Positions 9,915-19,887 of a stretch of 64,000 nucleotides of DNA are shown here, piece after piece. The notes below the pieces were generated by a model. The model was not told the DNA's origin. It was given only the letters and a program-made list of their open reading frames with translations, and searched no databases. The stretch is from Candidatus Latescibacterota bacterium (GTDB taxonomy: Bacteria; Latescibacterota; UBA2968; UBA8231): contig CBDETK010000013.1 of the NCBI GenBank assembly GCA_965242865.1, forward strand, positions 1,152,001-1,216,000, read 5' to 3'. Every line of letters begins with the position of its first letter. Position 1 is the stretch's first letter. The position numbers and the translations under genes are program-made.

Positions 9915-10955
9915 TCAAGTCGCCCGCGGCCAGAGCAACGCCCGCTCCGCGTCAATGCGCGGATACACGATCTCGCCCGGGGCAAAACGCCGCTCCTTAG
10001 ACGCGGTGATGTGGATGGACGCCCCGGCCCAATCCACCGATAAAATCCACTCGGCCCCCGCGTCCTCCACCACGCGCACTACGCCCGGCACCCGCCCCCC
10101 GGTGGGCGCGATGTCCTCCGGCCGGACCCCGAGCAGCATTTCGCCCGCGCCGCTTCCGCTCTGCGCTGGCATCCGCTCAACCTCGTTGGGGCCAATCCAC
10201 CTATCCCCGCGCCGCTCAACGCAGAGGATGTTGATCGCGGGTTGCCCCAACTGACGCGCCACTACCGGCGAGACCGGCCGGCGATAAACATCCTCTGGGC
10301 TGCCCTGCTGCAAAATCCGCCCCTCGGCCAGCACGGCGATGGAATCGCCCATGGACAGGGCCTCGGCTTGGTCGTGGGTCACGTAAATCGCCGGGATGCC
10401 CAGCTCTTGCCGCAACAGGGCCAGCTCTAGGCGGAGGGACTCCCGCAGCTTGGCGTCCAAATTGGTCAACGGCTCGTCGAACAGAAACAGCCGCGGCCGC
10501 CGCACAATCGCCTGCCCAATGGCCACCCGCTGCATCTCCCCCCCGGACAAGCGGGCGGCTGGCCGGTCGAGCAAACGCTCGATCTGGAGTAGCTCGGCCG
10601 CCCAGCCGACGCGGCGGTCCAGCTCGTCGCTCGACAGCGCCCGGCGCGGTGCTTTGAGCGGAAATTCCAAATTGCGCCGCACACTCCAATCGGGATACAG
10701 GGCAAAGTGCTGAAAGACCAATGCAACGTCGCGGTCGGCCGGCGGCCAGTGCGTCACCTCGTCGCCGCCCAGCTCGACCCGGCCCGCGTCGGGCGCGTCC
10801 AAGCCCGCGACGATCCGCAGCAGCGTGGTCTTGCCCGCGCCAGTAGGCCCCAGCACCACCAGCATCTCGTCGGCCCCCAACGACAGGTCAATGCCCGCCA
10901 GGACCTCGGCTTGACCAAAGCACCGCCGCACCCCTTGTAGCTGCAACCAAGCCAT
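9915..10955 (-). CDS. Sugar ABC transporter ATP-binding protein (MalK-like)
   Basis: GPTGAGKTT, LSGGEMQRVA, LFDEP and VTHDQ. Probable start is MAWLQLQG. Confidence 0.92.
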   Translation of the reverse strand: MAWLQLQGVRRCFGQAEVLAGIDLSLGADEMLVVLGPTGAGKTTLLRIVAGLDAPDAGRVELGGDEVTHWPPADRDVALVFQHFALYPDWSVRRNLEFPLKAPRRALSSDELDRRVGWAAELLQIERLLDRPAARLSGGEMQRVAIGQAIVRRPRLFLFDEPLTNLDAKLRESLRLELALLRQELGIPAIYVTHDQAEALSMGDSIAVLAEGRILQQGSPEDVYRRPVSPVVARQLGQPAINILCVERRGDRWIGPNEVERMPAQSGSGAGEMLLGVRPEDIAPTGGRVPGVVRVVEDAGAEWILSVDWAGASIHITASKERRFAPGEIVYPRIDAERALLWPRAT

Positions 10956-11995
10956 CAGAGCCGCTGGCCGCTCGTCGGATCGAACAACAGCACCCGGTCC
11001 AAGTCCAAGCCCACGGCCGCGCCCACGGCCAGCCGCTGCCGCGCGGGCACCCGCATGACCAGCCGGCCGCACTCGGCCCGCAGGTGGATGTAGCGACACG
11101 CGCCTTGGTACTCGTCGCGCACCACCTCGGCCCGCAGCCGCGCCTTGGCGACCGGCCGCACGAACTCCGGCCGCACCCCCAGCGTCGCCGGTCCCGGGCG
11201 CACCGGCTCGGCCAGCGGCCAGACCCACCCGGGCGCGGCAAAGCAGTCCCCGCGAACTTCTCCGGCGATGAAGTTCATGCTGGGGCTGCCGATAAAGCGC
11301 GCCACAAACAGGTCGGCCGGCTGGTCATATACCCAAGCCGCGGCCCCGCGCTGGCGGATCCGGCCCTCGTCCATGACCACCACTTGATCGGCCAAGCTCA
11401 TGGCCTCCTCTTGATCGTGGGTCACGTACACGGTGGCGATGCCGGCGTCGAGCTGTTGGGCGCGGATCATCGCCCGCAGCTCCAGCCGCAAGTCCGCGTC
11501 GAGCGTGCCCAGCGGCTCGTCCATCAGGTAGAGCTGGGGCCGCCGCACCATGGCCCGCGCCAAGGCCACCCGCTGCTGATCGCCGCCGGCGAGCTGCCGG
11601 GGATAGCGCCCGACCAACGCGCCCAACCCCAACCGCTCGACCATGTCGGCCACCCGCTGCCGGCGTTCCCGACGACTCAACCCCATGCTCTCCAGCGGAA
11701 AGCCGATGTTGTCCTCGACCTTCAGGTGCGGATAGAGCGCGTAAAACTGAAATGCGAACCCCACGTCCCGCTCGGCCGGCGAACAGCCGGTGATGTCTGT
11801 GCCGGCCAGCACAATTTGCCCGGCCGTGGGCTGTTCGAGGCCAGCGACCATCCGCAACGTCGTCGTCTTGCCGCACCCGGAAGGCCCCAACAGCACGGTG
11901 AACTCGCCCTCGCCGCAGCGCAAGTCAAGGCCGCGGACGGCGCACGTGCCGTCGGCATACACCTTGGTCAAGCCCGCGCAGACGAGAAAGCTCAT
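10955..11995 (-). CDS. Sugar ABC transporter ATP-binding protein (MalK-like)
   Basis: GPSGCGKTT, LAGGDQQRVA and LMDEP. Probable start is MSFLVC. Confidence 0.92.
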   Translation of the reverse strand: MSFLVCAGLTKVYADGTCAVRGLDLRCGEGEFTVLLGPSGCGKTTTLRMVAGLEQPTAGQIVLAGTDITGCSPAERDVGFAFQFYALYPHLKVEDNIGFPLESMGLSRRERRQRVADMVERLGLGALVGRYPRQLAGGDQQRVALARAMVRRPQLYLMDEPLGTLDADLRLELRAMIRAQQLDAGIATVYVTHDQEEAMSLADQVVVMDEGRIRQRGAAAWVYDQPADLFVARFIGSPSMNFIAGEVRGDCFAAPGWVWPLAEPVRPGPATLGVRPEFVRPVAKARLRAEVVRDEYQGACRYIHLRAECGRLVMRVPARQRLAVGAAVGLDLDRVLLFDPTSGQRL

Positions 11996-12156
11996 CGCTC
12001 CTCGAGCGGCCCATGCGAGGTTATGATGTGCAGGATGGTACCCAGCGCGGTGACAAAAAATCCATAGCGCAGCCCGTCGCCCCACAGCGGCTGCAACATC
12101 AAGCCCACGCCGACGACCATGCCCGCGAGAGCGACGCGATCCAACCACCGGATCAT
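11992..12156 (-). CDS. 54-aa two-TM membrane protein embedded in the ABC operon
   Basis: MIRWLDRVALAGMVVGVGLMLQPLWGDGLRYGFFVTALGTILHIITSH. ATGA overlaps with both neighbours. Confidence 0.75.
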   Translation of the reverse strand: MIRWLDRVALAGMVVGVGLMLQPLWGDGLRYGFFVTALGTILHIITSHGPLEER

Positions 12157-13016
12157 CGCTTGATCGTCCCAAAGGTGACGCCGCGCAGCAGGTGCTGGCG
12201 CACCAAGACCGTGAAGACGATGATCGGCGCGACAAAAACGAGCATCCCCGCGCTGATTTGGGCCCACGGCAAACCCGACACATTGCCCTGCAAACCAGCA
12301 AAGTAAACCGGCACCGTAACGGCCTTTTGGTTGTTGAGCGTCATGGCAAACCCGTACTCGTTCCACGCGGAGATCAGGCAGAACACCGCGGTGACCGCCA
12401 TCCCGGGCACGGCCCGCGGCAGGACGACCCAGCGGAAGGCTTGGAAGCGCGTATAGCCGGCCACCAGCGCGGCCTCTTCGTACGCCGTGGGGATTTCGTC
12501 GATAAAGCCCTTCATCAGCCACACGGCCAGCGACATATTGAACGCCGTGTACAGCAGGACTAGGCCCATGTAGCTGTTTTGGAGCTCGAACTCGCGGTAC
12601 ATCATCAACAGCGGCACGACCACCGCGAGGGGCGGCAAAAAGCGCGTCGAGAGAATGAAGAACAGCCAGTCGCGCCCCCCGGGGATGGCAAAGCGGCTAA
12701 AGCCATACGCCGCGCAGGTGCCAATCAGCACCGAGCACAAGGTGCTAATCAGGCCAATGACCAAGCTGTTGCCCAAGTAGTGGAAAAAGGAGCGCTCGCC
12801 GCCGGCGTACACCGCGGCCAGTTGGCGGTAGCCATCGAGATTGGGGCGGAAAGACTTGCCGTCGGCCGCGACCGGGCTGGCCCACGTGGGCGCGAACTTG
12901 GGCTGCACGGCAATGCTGTCGTCCCGCGTCTTAACCGAGGTCAACACGAGCCAGACCAGCGGCAGCATGGCCGCGGCAAAGTAGCCTCCGACCCAGACAA
13001 TGCGCAGCGCCTTCAC
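12153..13016 (-). CDS. Carbohydrate ABC transporter permease (MalG-like)
   Basis: EAA loop (YEEAALVAG), AWNEY and multiple TM helices. GTG start overlaps the upstream stop. Confidence 0.92.
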   Translation of the reverse strand: MKALRIVWVGGYFAAAMLPLVWLVLTSVKTRDDSIAVQPKFAPTWASPVAADGKSFRPNLDGYRQLAAVYAGGERSFFHYLGNSLVIGLISTLCSVLIGTCAAYGFSRFAIPGGRDWLFFILSTRFLPPLAVVVPLLMMYREFELQNSYMGLVLLYTAFNMSLAVWLMKGFIDEIPTAYEEAALVAGYTRFQAFRWVVLPRAVPGMAVTAVFCLISAWNEYGFAMTLNNQKAVTVPVYFAGLQGNVSGLPWAQISAGMLVFVAPIIVFTVLVRQHLLRGVTFGTIKR

Positions 13017-13888
13017 CGGACCGTGGCCTCCTCGCGCCGCTGCAGCGCGCTCGCGTAGCGCACAAACGCGCTGGCCAGCGCGATCACCAGCACCAGCACC
13101 ACATACGAATACGCCGCGCCCAAGCCCACCTTGCCGTCGCGGAACACCACCTGATAGAGCAGTGCACTCACCGTTTGGGTTGCCGGGTCGTTGGGGCCGG
13201 TGATCGCCATGACCAAATCGAACTGCTTGAGCGCGTCCGTGGCTCTCAGCAGCACGGCCAGCCCCAAAAGCGGCGCGCACAACGGCAGGGTGATCCGGCG
13301 AAAGACTTTCCACCGCGAGGCTCGGTCTATGGCCGCGGCCTCGTACAGGTACCCGGGGATGGCGTTGAGCGCGGCCAGCCCAATAAGCATCATAAACGGC
13401 GTCCACATCCACACGTCGATCAGCAAAATCGACAGGAGCTTGAGGTCCGGGTCCGTAATCCACTGGGGTTGGCCCAACCCCAGGGCGTCGAGGCACTGGT
13501 TGAGGATGCCGTAGTGCCCGTTGAGCACCAGCTTCCAAAAGAGCGCGATCACGGCCGGCGGCAACATCATCGGCACCAACAGCGCGGTCAGCACAAACGC
13601 CCGGCCACCAAAGCGATCTTTGAGCGCCAGCGCCAAGGCAAAGCCCAAGACCAGTTCCGCGGCCACGGCCGTGCAGACAAACAGCGCGGTCGTCCGCAGC
13701 GCGGCCCCGTACTGGGCGAACTTGAACGCCACCGCGTAGTTGAGCCCCCCCACGAATTTCCACGTCCCGCCGACCAAATCTACATTGGTGAAGCTGAGTG
13801 CGATGCTGTACAGCAGGGGGAAGACGTTTACGCCAATGAGCAAGCCGAGGGCCGGCCCCACAAACGCATACCCCGTTCTACTCCGCAC
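13013..13888 (-). CDS. Carbohydrate ABC transporter permease (MalF-like)
   Basis: DVWMWTPF, YEAAAIDRAS and ITLPL motifs. Confidence 0.92.
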   Translation of the reverse strand: MRSRTGYAFVGPALGLLIGVNVFPLLYSIALSFTNVDLVGGTWKFVGGLNYAVAFKFAQYGAALRTTALFVCTAVAAELVLGFALALALKDRFGGRAFVLTALLVPMMLPPAVIALFWKLVLNGHYGILNQCLDALGLGQPQWITDPDLKLLSILLIDVWMWTPFMMLIGLAALNAIPGYLYEAAAIDRASRWKVFRRITLPLCAPLLGLAVLLRATDALKQFDLVMAITGPNDPATQTVSALLYQVVFRDGKVGLGAAYSYVVLVLVIALASAFVRYASALQRREEATVR

Positions 13889-13901
13889 GCCGCCCTCTCC
13901 C

Positions 13902-14899
13902 CTACTCCATCTTGAGCAGGCCCGCTTCCATCAGAATCATCTCGTGCTCAGCGGCCAGCGCGTCGAGGGCCTCTGCGCTCGCGCTCGTTCCGTCGAGGGC
14001 CGCGCCCAAGTGGCGCACGGCCGCGGCCAACAGCTCGTTGTACACCGGCACGTTCCAAAAATCCTGCAAGTAATCCAGCGACGCGGCGAACGCGGCGTTG
14101 TACGGCGCGGCCGCGGCAAATTCTGCGCTCGCCAGCAGCTCGGTATTGGCCGTAAACGAGCCGGGATAGGCTATCCACTTCTTCTGGATGGCGGTCTGGG
14201 AAAACCAAGCGATGAACTGCTTGGCCCATTCTTGCTTTTGCGGCGCGGTCTTAGTCGAAATGCTAAAGCCCTGCCCGCCCAGCGAGATGACGCGCTTGTC
14301 CGCGTGGCGCGGAACCTTGAAAAAGCCCACTTGGTCGCCCATGCTGGCGACGAGGCCCGGATAGAACGGGAAGTAATCCAACACCATGGCCGTAGAGCCG
14401 TTGGAAAAGGCCTCCAAATTGAAGAAATAGTCGGCATTCGTGCCGCCTTCGGGCGCGAATTGCAGCAAAGACTTGAAAAACTCCAGCCCGGCCACGGCCC
14501 CCTCGGTATTGAGGTGGCCCTGCACCTCGTAGCTTTGCGGGTCGCCCCAAGCACCGCCCCAAGCCCACAGAAAGGGCTGAAAGCCCATGACGATGGAGTC
14601 GTACCCTCGGCCGGTCAGCAGGGAGCAGCCATAGCGCTTTTGTTGCGGGCGGTGGAAAAACTCGGCGAGGTCGCGAAATTCCTCCCATGTGTCGGGCGCG
14701 GCCAGCGGCCGGCCGTAGCGGGCGGCAAACGCCTCTTGCTCGGCTGGGTCGGTAAACCAATCGCGGCGATAGACAAAGCCAATGGCGTCCGTCTGGCAGG
14801 GCGCGGCGAAAAACCGACCGCTGCCCGGGGGGTATTCGCACAAGTAGCGCGCGGCCCGCGGATGGATCGCGCCCAAGTCAACGGCTTGGGGCAGCCAGG
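13902..14899 (-). pseudogene. Sugar ABC substrate-binding protein, 5'-truncated
   Basis: SBP_bac_1-like motifs (YRRDWF, PDTWEEF, SLGGQG) are present. There is no signal peptide, and binding-protein-like sequence begins abruptly near WLPQAVDL. Confidence 0.7.
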
Positions 14900-14960
14900 G
14901 TGCTCTGGACGCCGGAGGATGGGACGGTATGAAATTGGCATTGACGCCTAAACTCAAAGA

Positions 14961-14996
14961 CCGGCTCAGCCAAGCGCAAGGGCCTAGCTGAGCCGG
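14961..14996. terminator. GC hairpin at the junction of the AT-rich insert
   Basis: CCGGCTCAGC...GCTGAGCCGG, perfect 10-bp arms. Confidence 0.35.
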
Positions 14997-15065
14997 AACT
15001 TGCAGGAAATGCTGAACGCTTGCAAGATAGAAAAAAATGTGCTCTAAAACCAGCGTCAGAACCGA

Positions 15066-15095
15066 TTGACAGCCCCGATTAAGGCTTTGTATCTT
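15066..15095 (+). promoter_or_regulatory. Putative sigma70 promoter for the AT-rich gene pair
   Basis: TTGACA-18 bp-TATCTT. Confidence 0.45.
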
Positions 15096-15249
15096 AAAGG
15101 ATTAGCTCGCCTCAACGAAAGAAGGCTGTCCCATGAACATCATGTTAAGCCTATGATTCGCCCAGACCCATTTGTCCCCTGATGGAGTCAAGGGAGAAAA
15201 GTCTGTTCTACCTCTAATAACGAGGCTTACACAAGGAGATAAATCCAAA

Positions 15250-15522
15250 ATGTCCATCTTCATTGTTGTTCTAAACCGGGATGCCCCCGAATCCTTTAAG
15301 GGCAAAATAAACGAGTTATATCCACTTAGTTATAGATATGCAGACAATGTATTTTTTCTTGAAGATGAAAATATCCCTGAGATGATAGCCAATCGTCTTG
15401 GTATAAAAGTCGAAGATGAAAATCAGAGGACCGCTACTGGGGCCGTGTTTGGTCTCGATGGTTCGTATTCGGGATATACTGCAAAGGCCCTTTGGGACTG
15501 GTTGCGGAGGATAGAAAAATGA
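15250..15522 (+). CDS. Small hypothetical protein, possible ferredoxin-like (Cas2/VapD-like) fold
   Basis: AAGGAG RBS, AT-rich, beta-alpha-beta-beta pattern, C-terminal YSGY...LWDWL. Confidence 0.65.
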   Translation: MSIFIVVLNRDAPESFKGKINELYPLSYRYADNVFFLEDENIPEMIANRLGIKVEDENQRTATGAVFGLDGSYSGYTAKALWDWLRRIEK

Positions 15523-15800
15523 GTACCCCTCCACAGGGAGATATTGGCGGTAATCCTCCTGTACCAGGATCGAGAGAGAACGGAGCTCGTAGAGATGGAT
15601 TAAACCCTGAGCTTGTTGAGCATAGATTAAATCAGTTGGAACAAACAGCTAAAGAAAACAGGAAAGATATTGCTGACATTAAAACTACTGTCACCAAAAT
15701 AGAAGCAGGCATGATAACCAAAAGCCAACTCATTCTCGCGCTTATATCCGTACTGGCTATCACGGCTATAAATCTGATTGTCTGGATGGCGAACTCGTAA
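15519..15800 (+). CDS. Small coiled-coil protein with a C-terminal TM helix (XhlA/holin-like architecture)
   Basis: VEHRLNQLEQ...IADIKTTVTKIE coiled coil followed by a hydrophobic helix. ATGA overlap with the upstream gene. Confidence 0.65.
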   Translation: MSTPPQGDIGGNPPVPGSRENGARRDGLNPELVEHRLNQLEQTAKENRKDIADIKTTVTKIEAGMITKSQLILALISVLAITAINLIVWMANS

Positions 15801-15887
15801 TAGTCCCCTGCATAAAGAAGACATGGGCACCATCGTGCTCGTGTATAATTCCCTCATAAAAAGCAGACCAGCGGCCCCAGACCGCGC

Positions 15888-16583
15888 CTAGCATCCCTCG
15901 TCCTCGCCGGCGTTCAGCTTGTCTAGCACCTGCCACTTTTGCCGCTGGCGGCTCTCGGCCGAATCAAAAATCTCGCGGATGAAGTGGTCGCGGGTTTTGC
16001 CGTCGGCCAGTTCGGCTAGGCGGTTTTGCAAGTCGTCGTGCGAGGGGTCGCGGCCCAGCGCGGCGCGATAGACCCCGCACACGAAATCCGCTGTGGCCGC
16101 TTCGGCGAGCAAGTCTTGGGCCTCGTAGGCGAAGGCTTTGAGGGTATGAGCCAACGAAGCGGCCAACCAAGCCTTGTGCTCGGCCCGCGGCCCCAACGCC
16201 TCGTACAACTCGGCGCACAACGCTCCATCGCCCGCCCCCGGCCACGCCTCTTCCACCGGCTTGCCTTCAGCCCACGCTTGCAGGGTTTGGATATAGGTCT
16301 TGGCCCGGTCTCGACGCCGGTCGTCCAGTTCCCAAGCCCGCGTCAGCACATCTACGGCCGGCCGGCCCGGATAGGTCCCCTCGCCAATGGCGCGGACGAG
16401 CAGGTTGAGGTTGTCAAAGGCTCGGTAGTGGGTCAGCGAGTCAAAGCGCGCGATCAGGGAGCGGATGTGGTGCACCGCGTCGGGCAGCTCCTCCAGCGGA
16501 GCGACCCGGGCGTCAATGCGCTGCATGGCCTCGTCGGGTTCGTCGTCGCGGTGCAGAATGTTGCGCCAGTGCGAAGGGGTCAT
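15888..16583 (-). CDS. Hypothetical protein with a C-terminal DUF4214-like domain
   Basis: FVCGVYRAALGRDP...TRDHFIREIFDSAE. GGAGG RBS. Confidence 0.65.
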   Translation of the reverse strand: MTPSHWRNILHRDDEPDEAMQRIDARVAPLEELPDAVHHIRSLIARFDSLTHYRAFDNLNLLVRAIGEGTYPGRPAVDVLTRAWELDDRRRDRAKTYIQTLQAWAEGKPVEEAWPGAGDGALCAELYEALGPRAEHKAWLAASLAHTLKAFAYEAQDLLAEAATADFVCGVYRAALGRDPSHDDLQNRLAELADGKTRDHFIREIFDSAESRQRQKWQVLDKLNAGEDEGC

Positions 16584-16735
16584 CTGGCCTCCTATTGGGT
16601 TCGGGATGCAGGGCAGGATATTCGCGAACAGCGGCCAACGGCACTGATCAATCTATGCCCTTGACGCTGGCGAGGGCAAGCCGCCTTGAGCGAGCAGGGA
16701 CCGCCCGCTATCTTAGCAAGCCAAAAAGGAGCACC

Positions 16736-17881
16736 ATGGCCCCCTTGTACGACGTCCTACTCAAAAACGGGCACCTCATCGACCCCAAAAACAACCTAGA
16801 CGGTCCGGCCGACCTCGCCGTCAAAGACGGCAAAATCGCCGCGGTGGGGCCGCAGTTGCCCGGCACCGCGACCCGAGAAGCCCAGGTCGCCGGCCTCTAT
16901 GTAACGCCCGGGCTCATCGACATCCACCTGCACGTGTACGGCGGCTTTGATGCTTGGCTCTTCCCGGACCCGCACACCCTGCCGCACGGCGTCACCACCT
17001 GCGTCGATACGGGCGGCGCTGGCTACCGGGATTTTGCCGATTTCAAAGAGACCATCATCGACCCGTCCATCACCCGCGTCCTCGCTTTTGTCAACATCGT
17101 CGGGGCTGGCATGACCGGCCCGCCCGAGCAAGACACTTTCGATATGGACCCCATTCCCTGCGCCGCTGCTGTGGAGCGCTACCCCGAGCACATCGTCGGG
17201 GTCAAGTCGGCCCACTTTGGCGGCCCGGGCTGGGAGTCCACCGGCGGGGCCATGGAGGCCGCGCGGCGGGCCGGCTGCATTGTCATGGTCGATTTCTCGC
17301 CCAAGCCCACCCGCACGTACCCCGAGTTGCTCGCCCGCTACAACCCCGGCGACATCCACACCCACTGCTACTCCATGCGCACGCCCATGCTCGACGACGA
17401 CGACCGCGTCTTCGACTTTGTCTGGCAGGCGCGGGAGCGCGGCGTGATCTTCGACTTGGGCCACGGCAACGCCTCCTTCCGCTTCCACATTGCCGTACCG
17501 GCCATGGCCCAAGGCTTCCCGCCCGATACCATCAGCACGGACCTGCACCGCCGCAGCCGCCTGCTGCCCAACGCCACCATGAATACCACCATGTCGAAAA
17601 TGCTGGCCCTCGGCATGCCCCTGCAAGAAGTCATCTACCGCTCGACCCAGTGCCCGGCCCAAGTCATCGGTCGGCCCGAATTGGGGCACCTGAGCGTAGG
17701 GGCTGAAGCCGATGTCGCGGTGCTGGCCGTACTCGAAGGCCGCTTCGGCTTTGTCGATGCCACCCGCAGCACCCTGCAAGGCCGCCACAAAATAGAGGGC
17801 CGCATGACCCTGCGAGCCGGCGAAATCGTCTGGGATCAGGACGGGCTGAGCTTGCCGTCTTGGGAGGAAGGGGCGCGTTAA
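16736..17881 (+). CDS. Amidohydrolase/deacetylase (dihydroorotase-like metallohydrolase)
   Basis: PGLIDIHLH, GVTTCVDTG, DIHTH, DLGHG and TISTDLH. Confidence 0.9.
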   Translation: MAPLYDVLLKNGHLIDPKNNLDGPADLAVKDGKIAAVGPQLPGTATREAQVAGLYVTPGLIDIHLHVYGGFDAWLFPDPHTLPHGVTTCVDTGGAGYRDFADFKETIIDPSITRVLAFVNIVGAGMTGPPEQDTFDMDPIPCAAAVERYPEHIVGVKSAHFGGPGWESTGGAMEAARRAGCIVMVDFSPKPTRTYPELLARYNPGDIHTHCYSMRTPMLDDDDRVFDFVWQARERGVIFDLGHGNASFRFHIAVPAMAQGFPPDTISTDLHRRSRLLPNATMNTTMSKMLALGMPLQEVIYRSTQCPAQVIGRPELGHLSVGAEADVAVLAVLEGRFGFVDATRSTLQGRHKIEGRMTLRAGEIVWDQDGLSLPSWEEGAR

Positions 17882-17919
17882 GCACTCGGCGGCCCGCTCC
17901 CTCTAATCCTGCCAACCTC

Positions 17920-19887
17920 ATGTCGCGCCGCGGAATTCGCTGGGTCGTTCTCTACTTCCTGTCCATTCTCGTGCCAGCGGCCTTGCTGGCTTTTTTGGGC
18001 GTGCGCTCGCTGCGCGATGTCCGCGACAGCGTGAGCCGGGAACTGCGCTCCAAGGCGGTGCTGGTGCAGGACGTCTTCGACCGCTTGATCAACAGCCGCG
18101 CCCAGCTCCTAGCCGCATTTATGGCAGAGGGCGGCATGGACCCGCGCCGGTACGCGGGTTTTTCCGAGATTGAGCAAATTTTCGCCGTCGGTCCCACCGG
18201 GGTGCTGCGCCATCCCGCGGTGCGGCCCTTGCGCTTGCAGACGCCCCAACCGGCCTTTGCCGCGCAGATGAAGCAGGCCGAGAAGCGCGAGTTCGGCCAC
18301 CAAGATTGGGCGGGCGGCGCCCAGCACTACCGCCAAGCCTACGAGGACGCGACCCATCCCGCCGAACAGGCCGAAGCCCTCAACGCCCTCGCTCGCTGCG
18401 CCCATAAAGGACAGGACACGGCCACAGTCGCGGCGGTACACCAGAGGCTGGTGGCACACTACGGCCCGGTTTTTGACGCCGACGGAGCGCATCCCGTTAC
18501 CCTGAGTCATTTGCGCTTGGGACGCTATGCCGAGCCTGCACCGGCTCAAGCCAGCCTAATGGCGTGGGCGCAAGCCCTGCTCGAAGGCCGCTATCCCCTC
18601 TATCCCGGCTGCCAGCAGGCCCTACAGGAGGCCCGCGCATTGGCCCACGGTCGGCTAGCGGCCATGGCAGACCAGCCAGCCCTGTTGGAGCGGTTAGCCC
18701 AGATCGAGCAGGCCCTTGATTTTGCGACGCGCTTAGGCCCGGTGGTGGCCGAGCAATGGGCTGCGGCGCGGGAGCGCGGCTATATATCGGGCGTCGATGC
18801 TGACGGGACGAGTTTTCTGATGTACGTACGCACGGCCCAAGAAGGCGGTGCCGTGGGCATTCTATTCGATTGGGACGCGCTGACGGCTCTGGTGCGGGAG
18901 CAGGTGGAAAGGCCGCTGGCCGAGCGGGGGTTTGCCTTAGCCCTGTTCGACGCGGATGCCGAGGCCGCCTTTGTCGCTGCCCAGCGGGAAACCATCTACG
19001 AGACCGGGCCGGCCAGCCGCTGGATGGACCGGGTGCGGCTGGGGCTTTGGGCGACCGATGCTTCGGCCGCCACCGGCTACCACCGCACGCGCAACTGGTT
19101 GATCGGCGGCGGCATCTTCGCCTTGGCCGTATCCGTGGTTTTAGGTGGATTCATGATCCTGCGGGACGCCGGACGCGAAGTAAAGGTCGCCCGCCTGCGG
19201 TCCGAATTTGTCGCCAATGTATCGCACGAATTGCGCACCCCGCTCACGTCCATTCGCATGTACGCCGAGACCCTGCTCATGGGCCGCTACCAATCGCCCC
19301 AGCAGATGCAGGATTATCTGACCACCCTCTTGCACGAGAGCCGACGCCTGTCGCACTTGGTGGATAACGTGCTCGACTTCGCCCGCATTGAGCGAGGGGA
19401 CCGGACCTACCAGCGCCAACCTTGCGACCTAGGGGTTGCGGCCCGGGCGGCGCTGGAAACCTTTGGCGGGGTATTGGCCGCAGAGGGCTTTGCGGTAGAG
19501 GAAGCCATGGCCGAGGGCCTGCCCCCGGTGCTGGCCGATCCAGAGGCCGTGGAAGGGGCGGTGGCTAATATCCTCGGCAACGCGGTCAAGTATTCGGCCC
19601 AGCACAAAGCCATTCGCCTAGCCGTCAACCAGCGCGGGGCCGAAGTGGTGGTTGAGGTGGCCGACCGCGGCATCGGCCTCCCCGCGGGCGAGGAGGAGCG
19701 CGTCTTTGAGCAATTCCACCGCGGCACCAACGCGGCCAGCACTGCGGGCACTGGGTTGGGCTTGTCCCTCGTCAAAAACGTGGTCGAGGCGCATGGGGGC
19801 CGGGTGGAAGCCGCCAACCGGCCCGGAGGCGGCAGCGTCTTTCGTCTGCACTTCCCGGTCCACACCGAGGACCCAGCGCATGCCTAG
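17920..19887 (+). CDS. Membrane sensor histidine kinase with a large helical (TPR-like) extracytoplasmic domain
   Basis: Two TM helices, SHELRTPL H-box, NAVKY, DRGIG and GTGLGL. Confidence 0.92.
   Translation: MSRRGIRWVVLYFLSILVPAALLAFLGVRSLRDVRDSVSRELRSKAVLVQDVFDRLINSRAQLLAAFMAEGGMDPRRYAGFSEIEQIFAVGPTGVLRHPAVRPLRLQTPQPAFAAQMKQAEKREFGHQDWAGGAQHYRQAYEDATHPAEQAEALNALARCAHKGQDTATVAAVHQRLVAHYGPVFDADGAHPVTLSHLRLGRYAEPAPAQASLMAWAQALLEGRYPLYPGCQQALQEARALAHGRLAAMADQPALLERLAQIEQALDFATRLGPVVAEQWAAARERGYISGVDADGTSFLMYVRTAQEGGAVGILFDWDALTALVREQVERPLAERGFALALFDADAEAAFVAAQRETIYETGPASRWMDRVRLGLWATDASAATGYHRTRNWLIGGGIFALAVSVVLGGFMILRDAGREVKVARLRSEFVANVSHELRTPLTSIRMYAETLLMGRYQSPQQMQDYLTTLLHESRRLSHLVDNVLDFARIERGDRTYQRQPCDLGVAARAALETFGGVLAAEGFAVEEAMAEGLPPVLADPEAVEGAVANILGNAVKYSAQHKAIRLAVNQRGAEVVVEVADRGIGLPAGEEERVFEQFHRGTNAASTAGTGLGLSLVKNVVEAHGGRVEAANRPGGGSVFRLHFPVHTEDPAHA

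Noticed and set aside
13740-14951. 403-aa plus-strand ORF
   Set aside because: It is the antisense shadow of the substrate-binding protein gene.
14900-15170. tRNA or att site at the insert junction
   Set aside because: No cloverleaf or T-loop motif and no flanking direct repeat was found by eye.
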